Positions 24,401-35,800 of a stretch of 64,000 nucleotides of DNA are shown piece by piece. The notes under the pieces were generated by a model. It ran no database searches and was not told the origin of the DNA. It saw only the letters and a program-made list of their open reading frames with translations. Source of the stretch: Camelus ferus (Eukaryota); assembly GCF_009834535.1 (NCBI RefSeq), contig NC_045696.1, positions 1,986,001 through 2,050,000 on the forward strand. Reading direction: 5' to 3'. The first letter of the stretch is position 1. Every line of letters starts with the position of its first letter. Position numbers and translations under genes: made by a program.

Positions 24401-27400
24401 AGGAAGCTCCACCCATGCCACCAAAGACTGCCCCGCTACTGCTGGCTCCCAAACCTCCCCAGGGAACCTGGGAGCAACTGGCAGGGGCCTCAAGGGAGTG
24501 CCCAGCACCCCGACTCAGGGCTGTGACCAGGGACATACGTCCAGGCTGCTGGATTCGAAGAAGCAGGCCACGATGGCATCCTTATGTCCCCCCAGAGCAT
24601 AGTAGATGAGGTTGTCCCAGCGCTCGGCCCCAAACACCCATGTGGACATGTCTTTGCTCCCGACTGCAAAGCACCTGGATGGAGGAAACACAGCTCATCC
24701 TTGGAGCTGCAGCCGAGTGCAGCTGTCAACCTCCCTGTGTGGTCCCTGGACTTAAGGGAGATGCCAGGGTGACAGGCAGGGACTGGTTGGGTCTGCGCCT
24801 GCCCCGCTTGCATCTCCCCCAGCAGCTGGCCACACCCATAAGTGCTTCTCCCACGACCAGGAGCCTCAGCGGACACTGCCCCTCCTCGTAAAGCAGTCCC
24901 TGATGGAGGGGCAGCCCGGGGCAGCCCGAGAACCAAGCACCAAGCCTATCGGGGGCTCTGCCCCTCTCGCCTCCCTGGCGTGCCCTTGGTCCCAAGCAGC
25001 GTCCCTTGACTCACGGCATAAAGAGAGCCAGATGTGTGACCAGGCACCGCCGCAAAAGAGGCAGGAAGGCTGGACTGCAGGGCGCCGGCCTCCTACCTGC
25101 AGACCCAACCTCCAGGGGCACACCAGTGTCTCCCAGGAACACACTTCACATGGCTTGGGGGCTGTGGCCACCACACTGTGGCCCAGAGCACGGGAGGACC
25201 GCTAGCCTGACATACAAAGTGGCAGCCACCACCAGCCTCCCCTCCCCCTGCACAGAATGCAGGACGGCTGAGGAAACAGGGTCCTGGTCAAGGACCCAAG
25301 TCTGCCTTCTGGTTCCCGGTGACAAACACGGGGCACGCCTGACTCAGACTCGGGAGCCCAGCCTGCGTTCAGCCCCACAGGAGGTTCAGGAGGCCATTTG
25401 TAAACAAACGAGGACGTGACGAGTCACCATGCTCCCTAATGAGATGCTGTTTACAGGGCCCCGGGGCCCCAAGGCCTCACCGGGAGTCGTCTGTCCAGTC
25501 GATGCACGTGGTCTCATCATAGGGCCCAAAGTAGGTTTTGTCCAGGATGAACGCGTTGAACTCCCGCTTCCTCCCCGGGGCGTGGTACATCTGCGCAATG
25601 TTGCCTTTTGTGACCACGAATTTCCTGCAGAAACGGCGCCATCAGCATCCAATACCAGGGAGGGTCCTGAGACCAGCTCAGAGCCCCTGGGGGGACAATT
25701 CTCTGCTCTGAGACCAGTTCCTTACGAGGCAAACCTGGGGACCTGCCTCTCACGGGCCCCGAATCCCCTCTTCTCTGGGTGGGCAGACCCAGCGGGAGCT
25801 CTGGGCCCAGGCACCTGTGGCCGGCCCTGACCAGGCCCTGGCACAGACTCCCCGCCAGAGGCTGCAGCTGACAGCTCCCCGCTCCCCGGGCACACGCAAG
25901 CGCTCACCTGCCATCAGGGGAGAAGGAGACGCTGTGCACGGCACCCTTGAAGTGGAAGTGGTGGAGCACGGATCTGCAGACCAGGCTGACCAGCAGCGCG
26001 TCGCCCCCTGCGGGAAGGGTTAGGGTTAGCGTCAGGCTCTGCACTTCACCCCGGCAGCGCAAGCCGCAGGCCCCAGGAAAGCCTGCCCCGGCTTGTCCAT
26101 GCTCCGCACACCTGCCCTAGTCCCCAAGCCCACCAGGGTCCCAGACACAGAAGCAACCAAGGGAGAGGACCACGTGGGCTGGAGTCAGCCTGACACAGCC
26201 ACTCTGTCCCCCAGTCACCAGCCCACGCCACCAACTCCCGGCCAAAGGTGCTTACCTTCATCGACGATGATGGCAAGGCGGCCATCTGGGGACAGCCCCA
26301 CACACTTGACGTTGTACCGAGTGGCCAGCGGCAGAGTGTCCGACTTGTTGCTGGGGGAGAGAGAGCAGGGCTGAGCAGCAGGTCTCTGTCACCAGGAGGG
26401 GAGGTCGGGCCAGCCTTGGGCCTCCTGCCTGCCTGCCTGCCCACCCCTGCAGAACCCCGGGCTGGGGCTGTCAACAGCCCCTCCTGCAGAAAATTTGGCA
26501 AAGCATGTTAAAAACCTTAAAAATGGGCTTTGAGCATATCAATTTTGCTTCAAGGACCCCATCCCAAGAGGACGCTGCAAACATAGGAAGTCAGGAGACC
26601 GGAAACAAGCCCGCTGCCAATGGGGGAGTGAGCCACAGGGACAGAACACTGGGCCACACTTTGTGCAAAAATGGAAAAATGCACAGAAGTGGAAAAGTAA
26701 ATAATGTTAAAGACAAACCGCCGCTGGATTCCACCCTAATTTTGTCCCTTATTACATCATGTTCCAACTTTCCGGCTCCCACGGCCCAAGCATCCATCCC
26801 AAGACATTTCAGCCAAGTGACACATGTTTTCTACCTTAAAGGTAAAGTCAAAGACCTCGATACATGGGGTTTAGCTGAGGAACTAGAAGGAGGAAACTGA
26901 GACTCCTACAGCCAGTCCCACGATTGACCCTTCGACACCACGTAAGTCCTGCAGCCCCTCTTGGGCGGCCCTGAGTAACAGTGTGCTGCTACGACAAAGG
27001 TGAGGAAAACTCCACGTTTTTACCTGCAAACTATGATCCCTAGCATCAACGTCATTCTAATGTACTTACTTTTTTAGGTCAAATACGGTGACTCTATTTC
27101 CCACGGGACTAATAACTGAATTCCCATCACGTGTAAAATTTAAGTTTCCACACCGATAGACTGTCCCCAGCAAATTTGAAAACTGAAAAGAAAACAGAGC
27201 TGTCTTAATACAAAGAAAACACAACTCTAGGAAAGGGCTGCATGAGGCCCCTGGTAAGATGGCGCAGAGCACCCTGATCACTCCTGAAGTCTCTCCAGTC
27301 CTCCCACCCAGAAACTTCCTGGGCACCTGTCCGGCCCAGTCCTGAGCAAGAGAGAGGAAGGAGTGAGCCCAAACCCCGGGGGCCCCGAGCTCCCACCAAG

Positions 27401-28801
27401 GTAGATCAGGGGCACCGTGGCATGGGAGATCAGGGGCACCATGGGCTCGGGGAAGTCTCCAGGCAGGAGGCGTCTGCCATGTGGAGAGGAGGACAGGACC
27501 TCGTGGCAGGAAGAGAAAAGCTGCAACAGCAGAACAGCCCCCACTGTACACGCACCCGGGGTTCAAGGCTTCCACAACAGGGTAACCTGCTGGCAGCCTG
27601 TCCGTCAACCATTCATTCCACCAGCAGCACTGAGCGCTGGCTGGATAGCACTCTGCACCTGGTCTCCCACCCCCATGTTCTAGTCCGGCAGGCAGGCCAC
27701 GGCCATGGTCATTCGTGATTAGGAATGACCGCGGGGCTGCGAAGTCAGCCGATCCCATAGGCGTGAGAGGAAAGGTAGTCAAAGGGGTGGCCAGGGAAGG
27801 ACCCCTGGAGGGGCCACCTGAGCTGGAACTCAGATGACAAGGAGCATCTGGAGCTGTAGGCAGGCAGGGTCCTGGGAACCCCAGGCTCAGGGAGGAGCCT
27901 GTTCAGCTGGAAAAGCTTTAAGCAAAAGTGAACTGTAATCAGTTCCTGTTTTTTGAAGGCCATGCTAGTGACCAAGGGAGCAAGTGGGGATGCACGGAGC
28001 CAGTGAGGGCTCATGGCTCACCGCACAGAAGATGGTGGTGTCAGGACCAGAGAGATGACCTGAGGGATGGGGAGCTGGGACGAAGGGCAGGCAGAGAGGA
28101 GCTGGACAGAGAGGGTTTGGGTCACAGGGAGGAGCAGTCTGAGAGGGAACACCAGCTTGGGTTTGGGGCAGCGGGCGTGGGATGGAGCTGCTGGAGGCCC
28201 GCGCTGTGGCCAGGGCCAGGCCAAGCCTGTAAGGAGCTGGGCCCTGACCGTTGGCGAAAGGCCGGAAGCGGCGGCCCGGAGGAGAAACAAGCTTCAGGGG
28301 AGTGGCAGCAGGAGGCGGGGCGCGCGAACGCCCCGGGCTCCAGACCGCGGGTGGCCCGCTGCGCCAAGGGTCCCGACACGTGGGCAAGATGCAGCAGCGC
28401 GTCCCGGGGGCTCGGCACCCGTCTCCCCGCCCTCTGCCCCCGCGTCCTTCCCACGTCGCTCGCCGCGGCTCCGGGAACCGGGACTTCAGTCCAGGCTGGC
28501 TTCCGCTGCCCTGCTCGGAGCTCAGCCAAACCCTCCCGCAGGGCTCCTGCCTTCCCGCCCACATCCGCCATCTGCCGCTCGCCCCTGCGTCCCCGTCCAC
28601 CGCGCTGCGGCCCCTCACGACCCCAGGCCCGGAGGGACCGGTGCTGCGGTACCTGGCCAGCCCAGGCGGCTCTCTGGCCCCCGAGGGAGCAGTCTCGGGC
28701 AGCGACCCCACCCGCACCCCCGGACTAAGTTCCCCGCACCCTCCTCCCCACCCCCCGACCCCCCGACCGCGGGCGGCGCTCACCCGGTACGCGAACTTCA
28801 T
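15313..28801 (-). CDS. PWP2: Periodic tryptophan protein 2 homolog (WD40 repeat, SSU processome UTP-B subunit/Utp1), complete, 21 coding exons, 917 aa
   Basis: Exons sum to 2754 nt in continuous frame, from [16 protein letters not shown] to TAG at 15313-15315; WD40 repeats ([40 protein letters not shown]); all introns GT-AG. Confidence 0.98.
16607..16681 (-). CDS. PWP2: PWP2 exon 20
   Basis: [24 protein letters not shown]; 75 nt. Confidence 0.95.
16827..16977 (-). CDS. PWP2: PWP2 exon 19
   Basis: [19 protein letters not shown]...GQKLKS; 151 nt. Confidence 0.95.
17208..17426 (-). CDS. PWP2: PWP2 exon 18
   Basis: [17 protein letters not shown]...ESVPWDE; 219 nt. Confidence 0.95.
18270..18335 (-). 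CDS. PWP2: PWP2 exon 17
   Basis: [21 protein letters not shown]; 66 nt. Confidence 0.95.
18857..18965 (-). CDS. PWP2: PWP2 exon 16
   Basis: [20 protein letters not shown]...LPGVKK; 109 nt. Confidence 0.95.
19276..19423 (-). CDS. PWP2: PWP2 exon 15
   Basis: [18 protein letters not shown]...SLDAME; 148 nt. Confidence 0.95.
19765..20345 (+). mobile_element. Old LINE-1 fragment in PWP2 intron 14
   Basis: Degenerate L1 ORF2 3' sequence (ggatttggcagaggattcttggatgtgacaccaagagcacaagcaac...tgacccagcaatgccactgctggg). Confidence 0.7.
20406..20586 (-). CDS. PWP2: PWP2 exon 14
   Basis: [17 protein letters not shown]...HSAKG; 181 nt. Confidence 0.95.
21294..21444 (-). CDS. PWP2: PWP2 exon 13
   Basis: [16 protein letters not shown]...LALTSD; 151 nt. 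Confidence 0.95.
21760..21907 (-). CDS. PWP2: PWP2 exon 12
   Basis: [17 protein letters not shown]...TGRLLD; 148 nt. Confidence 0.95.
22097..22245 (-). CDS. PWP2: PWP2 exon 11
   Basis: [12 protein letters not shown]...TVRAFDLH; 149 nt. Confidence 0.95.
22573..22709 (-). CDS. PWP2: PWP2 exon 10
   Basis: [21 protein letters not shown]...GGDDGK; 137 nt. Confidence 0.95.
23073..23143 (-). CDS. PWP2: PWP2 exon 9
   Basis: [23 protein letters not shown]; 71 nt. Confidence 0.95.
23669..23812 (-). CDS. PWP2: PWP2 exon 8
   Basis: [18 protein letters not shown]...LIHSL; 144 nt. Confidence 0.95.
24115..24329 (-). CDS. PWP2: PWP2 exon 7
   Basis: [16 protein letters not shown]...KVKYSRLA; 215 nt. Confidence 0.95.
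24539..24674 (-). CDS. PWP2: PWP2 exon 6
   Basis: [32 protein letters not shown]...SLD; 136 nt. Confidence 0.95.
25481..25624 (-). CDS. PWP2: PWP2 exon 5
   Basis: [17 protein letters not shown]...CIDWTDDS; 144 nt. Confidence 0.95.
25908..26007 (-). CDS. PWP2: PWP2 exon 4
   Basis: [32 protein letters not shown]; 100 nt. Confidence 0.95.
26256..26350 (-). CDS. PWP2: PWP2 exon 3
   Basis: [31 protein letters not shown]; 95 nt. Confidence 0.95.
27070..27182 (-). CDS. PWP2: PWP2 exon 2
   Basis: [16 protein letters not shown]...VFDLK; 113 nt. Confidence 0.95.
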
Positions 28802-29150
28802 CGCGGGAGCTGCACATGTGTTGCTTGCAGCCTCTGCGCCCCGCCCTCCGGCCCGCAGGAAACACTTCCGGGGCGAGAGCGCGGCGGCGCGCCACAGCGC
28901 CCCCCCGCGGAAGGGAGGAGCGCTGCCGCCGGAGGTGGGGAGGGGGGTCCCAACCTGCTAGTCCCGCCCCCAAAGCGTGGGTGCCCCGGCCGGCCCCGCC
29001 CTGAGGCGGAGTCCCAGCCAGCAGGCCCCGCCTCTGAGACGTGGGTTCCCGCCCTCCGGCCCCGCCCACCGCAGTCCCGGCTCGGATCCTCACCGCTAGG
29101 CGGGCTGGGGCTCCGCCCGTGGCTCCCACAAACCGTTCAGGCACTACGGA
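28150..29150. promoter_or_regulatory. CpG island / PWP2 promoter
   Basis: Very CpG-dense; ETS/GABP-type CCGGAAGTG (28863-28871, minus) and several GC boxes upstream of the ATG. Confidence 0.85.
28784..28801 (-). CDS. PWP2: PWP2 coding exon 1
   Basis: ATG..MKFAYR|gtgag; 18 nt. Confidence 0.93.
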
Positions 29151-29799
29151 GGATGAAAAGGTCCGACCCCATGCTTACTTGTTTAAAAGCTCTAGATTAT
29201 GAAATGGGGACCGAAAGGAGACTCTTAAATTGGAAACTGAACGTTTCCGAAGAAATTGTAAGAGCGATGACAGAGGCAGTTGCGTTGTCAAATTTGAGGA
29301 TGGCAACTATGTCTACCACCCGAAAACTGGAGACTCAAAAGTCTTACCACTTGGGAGCTACTTCGCAGCAAGTTGTGAAAAAAAACCCTAGTGCGCCCCC
29401 AAAAGTAAATAATCTATGCTTCGAGTCAGGAACAAGGATCTGGGAAAGAAAACAATTCTTTAACTTTACAGGCTCAATTTTCACACTCCACAGCAAAATG
29501 AAGTTCAGAACAGCAAGTTTCTTCTTAAAATGTGTATTTTCAGAATTATAATGCTTACATTTTAAAGTCTTAATACAATGGTTTTAGTCTAACAATATAT
29601 TACAGAATAACGTGAAAAATGACTTTCATAGTAAACCATGAAAATGGAATTAATACCTGCAGTATCAAAGTCACCAACTTGTCACCTTTTCCAGCCACAG
29701 AATCCCAGCAAACGGTATTAACAATGCCTTCAGGTCTTACAGCCTGACATACAGGATGAATAAATTTAGAGAAAGGGGCATTTTCATGAAAAATCAGAT

Positions 29800-32589
29800 T
29801 TTAAAACCACATAGGATTTATTTTAAAGATCACAGTTGACAATAAAACATTTAGCTCAGTCTAGTTTGATCTTTTATTAAAAAAAGTAGTATAAGTTTTC
29901 ATCGTATATACATACCTGGAGTGTTTAATTTCATTTTGTAACACAAACTTATTTTAAACACTAAAGAAAAGCTGAGTAGAAGCCTGTGTGTCTTCTCCGC
30001 TCTTACGGGGTGTCTAGCCTCATCAGCAGGGACTAACACAGGAATCTGGCCCACTACAATGGAACTGCAGGTAGAAGTCATTTTCAGATTAAATACCACA
30101 ATTTCCACATTAGAATCAGCAGAGTTATAATTTTTCCTATCACAGGAGGCCCCATGAAATTCACCAAAATTATAACTTTTCTTTTTCATTTGCTAGTATT
30201 TACATGTCTCACAGATATTTGTAAACTGGCTGCATATTCTGTTTTTTAGATGCACAGTCTGTATCTGGCTTCACAGTTACTTAACAGCTGCTACACCTTT
30301 ACCAGCAAAATCAGCTTGTCTCAAACCCGTAAGCCCTATTTTATTTTAAACACAACAAAAATCCAACTACAGCCTTTTAGTTTAAAAAAAAAAACAAATT
30401 TTAGATGACATTATTCACTGGTGTTAAAAAACAAAACAAACAAACAAAAACCCCGAGGAGCCCATGTAATTGAAGATTGCAAAAGATCTTTTGGGTAATT
30501 AGGGGGAAAAAATCCAAACCTCTGATCATTTCAATTTCATTCAATTTCCAGACATAAGAAACCACCATAAACATTCTGGATTTCCCCTTCATTTTTTCCC
30601 TTCTGAATAGGTATGTAGTTAGAGAATTTCATCCCGGAATTGGAACCCAGCACAGAAGTCCAACAGAAATAGGGTAACCTAACCAGTGATCACGCCCCCC
30701 TTCCAGGTGAGCCGGGAAGCTCGTTATACTTGGAGGAGGGGCTCCTTCCCGGGGCTCCGAGGCTCGCCATGCGGTAGACGCTTTTCTGACAAATCTGAAA
30801 GGTCTCTTCACACATGGGGCGTGGCAGACCTGTAGGGCAATCAATTTTTACAATAAAACCAGTTTACTTTAGAAACCCTAAACTATCGTTAGATGCTGAA
30901 GTTCTAGCTTGCCTAACCAGCTGACCAAGTTTACTGGTTTTAAACTGCACATAAGGAAAGAACGTTTCTGAAAGGTTTAATGAGACACACAAGTACTATC
31001 TTCTTTGTACACGTCTCCAGTTTCTATAAGTGAAGGACACGGAGGGGGATTCACCACCTTTATTCGTTAAATGAGCTAGGAGACCACATCAGAAGAGAAG
31101 ACTTCACAGATGTGCTCTGCACCCATCTTGACCTGTGCCTTCTCACCGCCCACCGCTGCAGGCAGGGGACAGGCAGGGACGGTGGCAGCTGCAGAAGGCT
31201 CCTTTTCTCTAAGGCTCACACACTTGAGGTTCTTCACAGGACGCCCCATCCTCCGCTCGACCTGACTACACTCACTCACTTGCATTAATCTGGCCAAGTT
31301 CAACTCCAACCACTCTTCCCCAGTGAATTAAGAGTTCTCTATTTCATATGTACAAAAATACCTCGCTTTGGAGAGCTGGAAAAGGGTTAATACACACAAC
31401 ATTTATTTACAAGCTGTGACTTTCACACCAATAGAAACACACACATTTATTTTGTCCTTGATTTTTGGTGCAACTTATACATAAACATTACATCAGTTAG
31501 TTTGTACTTTTAAAAATAATAAATCAACTTTATGTACAATTAAATTTACAACCTAAAGCAAGTTAATCCATTGGTATGACTGCGATTTAGCGGATAGCAG
31601 AGAGTAGTCCCAGACTTTCATCCTTCCTACGACCAGACTAGAAGTACACTGAGAGACCCCGAATCTTCATTTAAGTGGAACCTCTTAATTTCTGAGACTT
31701 AAGGTGCAAAAGAAAAATAGATTATACAGTTACAATTACATGTAAAGACTTTAAAGGTGAGAGAAAAACAATGCAACGTATTAACCCCCACATATGTGAC
31801 AATTAAATAAACACACATTTAATTCCAAGTGCATGTGATACCTAATCAACATGGTGAGGGTGGGAGAAAGGGTTCCAGAAACTTTTCTTCCTAAATTGTT
31901 CAATACCGCGCTGTTTCTCATGCCCTGGCCCAGTTGTCCTACAGTACCTTTAAAATGGCTCCAGCTAACGGGTGCTCCAGGCCCACCCAGTCTGACCTCC
32001 CAAGGCACAGAAGGGGTTTGTTCCCTCCCCACCCCACCCTCAGCCCCACCCACCCCCAGCCCCACCCACCTGCCCAGAAGGGGTGTTACTGGAGAAAAGC
32101 ACAACCAGATGACGTGGGGTAAAGAGCTGTGTGTTACCCCTGAGGAGACTTACAAATCCACCTGGTCCAGACACCGGGCAGCCGTGTGACACACACGGGT
32201 CACTAACGAGACAGCGAGGCCTGCTGTGTGCACACCTGACGCACACCTGGACTTCCGCCCAGAACCGGCAGACTGCCGTGGGGCGGGAGAGACCACTGGA
32301 AAGCGCGTCCACGAGCAGGGTGAGTGGTGTCAGAGTGGGGCGCTGGGCAAACGCCAGATGAAGCAGGGCACGGGGTGGGGAGCGGAGAAAACAGCGAGGA
32401 CTCCACGCCACAGACAACACAAAAGAACGACGCGGTTCCGTGGGCCAGCCGAACACCGAACACTCTCTGCGGCCGCCACGCCGGGCAGGACCTGGAAGTC
32501 TGGTTAGAGCTAGAAGTCACGGCAGACAGCTGCCAGCCGGGTCCCCTCAGGCGCACACACGCCGGCCTGGGGGTGCGGCCGGGGCACGG
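29800..32589 (-). other. TRAPPC10 3'UTR with candidate proximal and distal poly(A) signals
   Basis: Largely AT-rich sequence after the stop; minus-strand AATAAA at 31446-31451, 31402-31407, 29873-29878 and 29817-29822; true end inferred. Confidence 0.65.
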
Positions 32590-32828
32590 TCATGTGACAC
32601 TGACTTCCAGAACGTGGTCATCCTTGCTGGGGACGACCAGGACCTGCGTGCCCGCGCTGCAGTTGAAGACCTGGCCGGGGGGCAGCGCCTGCAGCCGGGG
32701 CATGGGCAAGCCCTTGTGCTCACTGCTGGCGGCTGAGTGCCCACTGCCCCTGCTCCTGATGCTGCTGCTGTCCAGCTGCTCGTCCACGTGCTTGTCCACT
32801 GACAGGCCGTCGTTTTCTATCCAGCTGT
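32590..32828 (-). CDS. TRAPPC10: TRAPPC10 exon 23 (coding part)
   Basis: [12 protein letters not shown]...HVLEVSVT*; 239 nt. Confidence 0.95.
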
Positions 32829-35800
32829 CTGCAAAATGCACAGGGGGTGAGGCAGAGGCCATGCTGACCTCAACCCACCCCCGACTCCCCTTCCCGGAAC
32901 AGCAAGCTTCAGGGCACAGGGGTGTGAAGGGAATCTCGGGCAGGGGCCTTGGGGGCTCGCTCTCCCAATAGGTGGCGAGACGCGAGCCCAACTAGGTGTC
33001 TGGTGTCAGATCCCACGGGGCCACCTTATCCCACCTTGGCACGGACCGCGCCCTTACCGGCATCCAGCTGTGAGGAGTGTGCAGAGTGATGGGGGAGGTA
33101 CTTGAACAGCCTGACATCGGGGAGGGGGAGGTAGCCCGCGAAGAGGGGCATCACCTCCATGTGGACTCTGTGAGTGGCCCGAGCACACACGGGCATGGAG
33201 ACGACGCCGGAGCTCTTCCCGCACACGGCCCAATTGCTGCTGTTGTCCACGACTGAAACAGAGAGCACGGCTGTCACCAGGAAGGGCCTTCAGCGCTCAC
33301 ACCAGAGCAGAGGCACCAACAGACCCGAACACTGGAGCACAGACCGAGACCTCAACATCTTGTAACTGCGCCTTAAAATGAAACACACTTGGTCTAATAA
33401 CTAAGATATATGTTAGGAGCATGAGGAAGACCACTGTCTTCTCAGGTTAGTAAGTGAACAGTAACTCAGTTCTGTTTTGAAAGCTCTGCGTGTAAAGAAC
33501 CAAGGGCGCGGCCGCTCATGCTGTCCCATCAGGGATGCGGACGGAGCAGGGTGTGGCTCGCCCGGCACCAACCCATGGGTCTGCCTCCCAACTCTGCCCT
33601 CGCGGGAGCCCCTGGCAGGATGGGAAGAAAAGACGTCTGGCAAGCACTCAGCGCCTCCTCCAGTGCCTCAGAGAGTCTCATGCGCAGCAGTGTCTTCAAC
33701 ACTGATGATCTTGGTGGGTTCAGGGTGAGCCGGGCACTGAAGGCTGCTGCACCGCGCAGGCCTGCGTGACTCGGGCACCACTTTCCCTAGTGACCGAAGC
33801 ATGGTGCCACGAGGTGGTGCCAGAGCGGAAGAGCCCTTCAAGATGCAAGACAGACCAAAGCGCTTTGAGGAGCTGAGCTCACACATGTGGTTCAAGAGTC
33901 CACGCGGTAACTAGCCTGTAAAAAGCCACCACCTGTCAGGTGTCGGGGGCGTCAGAGAGAACTATCCAGTTATCTGAAGGCTGCTAGGTGCATCCTCCTT
34001 TCCCAGCCACGTATCCATGCAGGACCGGACTCCCTCCATGCCTTCCCCCAGCTCGGGCTGCTACCGCAGCCTGGATGTGCCAGGCGGGGACTCGGGCGCC
34101 TTCCCCCAGCCACACACGGCAGAGACGTGAGAAGATGCAGAACCACGCCATTCTTCTTGCTATGGTTTCGTGTTTTGGAAAACAGTTTTTTCCAGAGTAA
34201 CATCATGTAGCAGGTTTCCTTTTATTTTAAAATAAGTACACAAATATCTGCCTCCATATTTATTTCTGGCACATGAAAAGCCTGACAACTTCTGCTGAAG
34301 CAGTGAAGGCCCCCGACAAGGGGGCTGCAGAGGGGGATCCGGCAGACCAGGGAGGGAGGAGGAGCCGAGAAGGGGGGTGACAGGAGGCTGGAGGGAAAAG
34401 GGCAGGAGCCTGACCACAGGATGCCCGGATGGCTGAGCGATGGAGCCTGGACTCCGCTCACGGAGGACATGCAGACCCTGCCTCACGGGTAGAGGACGGG
34501 CTCAGCCCCAAGCCCCTCAACGGCTTGAACACCTGCTAGATGACTCCACAGGAACCAGGTTCAACACCCTGCGAGCCCAGGGCCACGTTGTATCACGCAA
34601 CATTCAAACGCTCTTTTAATTCTAGAATGTCTCACCACCAAGGGGAGAGCCACTTCCAGACCTACCTTCGTACATAAGCTTTGTCGAAAAATACTCCGCA
34701 GATTCTGTCAGCGCCTCATCCTTGTCCACCTCCAAGAGGTCGGCGAGCCGTGTGATGGTCACCTCCAAGGAGCAGAGGGCGCCCGTCTTACAGAGCTCGG
34801 CCCCCGGTGGGGGCGAGATCTCAGCTGTCACACTGTACAGCGTCTGAAAGAAAGGAGAGAAGATACAGAGCAGACACGCAAACACTCTGAAGAAATGCCA
34901 CGTGAGGCCGCAGGGTCCTGCCTGCAGACCGGAGCGAGAGCCGCTGCTCCATGCAGGCCACGTTATCAGCTGCGCCCCCGGACCGGCCCCCAGCACAGAC
35001 CACGTTCTGGGGAAGCCCCGCCTCGAGAGCCTTCAGTCTCCCTCCGCGGGATCCGTCCAGGCCCCGCCAGCCCCCGCGAGCCTATTGCAGACTCAGGGTC
35101 ACCACCGCCTGCCGGGCCCCTCCCCCGTCTGCGGGTCCTCCCTATCCAAGTGCCTGGGCTATTTCAGGGCAGAGGCCAGCCAGCCCGTCAGTTCACCCCA
35201 CGGCTGCAGAACGCGCTACTAAAACCACGGACACATTCTCACCAAAGCACAGCATCAGTATCACAACATGAACGCCAGTTCCCTGGGATCATCCAGTACC
35301 AAGTCCACAACCAGCCGCCTCCACAGTGTCTCTGCCTCTGACCTACTGACCTGGTTTTCACACCTGTTCACCCGCACCCCATCCAGGACCAGCAAAGACC
35401 CAAGGTCTGCACGGGGAGACAGACAGCCCCGCAGGCAGCCCCGCTTCTGAGGGTCAGCACTCCTCCTTTCAGGACACCGTCCAGGGCGCAGCTCAGCTTC
35501 TCTGGGGTATCGCTGCCTCACCAGCCGTCCTGCTTGACTGAGCGGCCTGCAGGGACCTTAAACTGACACTGGCCCCTCACACCAGTGCTCGTCCCAGACA
35601 GCAGCCCACAGTCACAAGCAGATGGAAGTCCCTGATACGACTTTTCCCACATCCCTTGTGATTAACCGTCTCCCGGCCTCCCAGGGCCTTCCGCCTACGT
35701 GCCCCTCAGATGAGACCCCCGTGGGGCTGAATGAAACCCGCTCTGTGGTGTGAACTGACTGATCCAGGCATAGGAACCCCTGACGCTCCACAGACCCACT

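Noticed and set aside
28067..29152. 5' part of the 494-aa plus-strand ORF
   Set aside because: It spans the PWP2 CpG island antisense and is low-complexity Pro/Arg/Ala/Gly; stop codons are naturally rare at this GC content.
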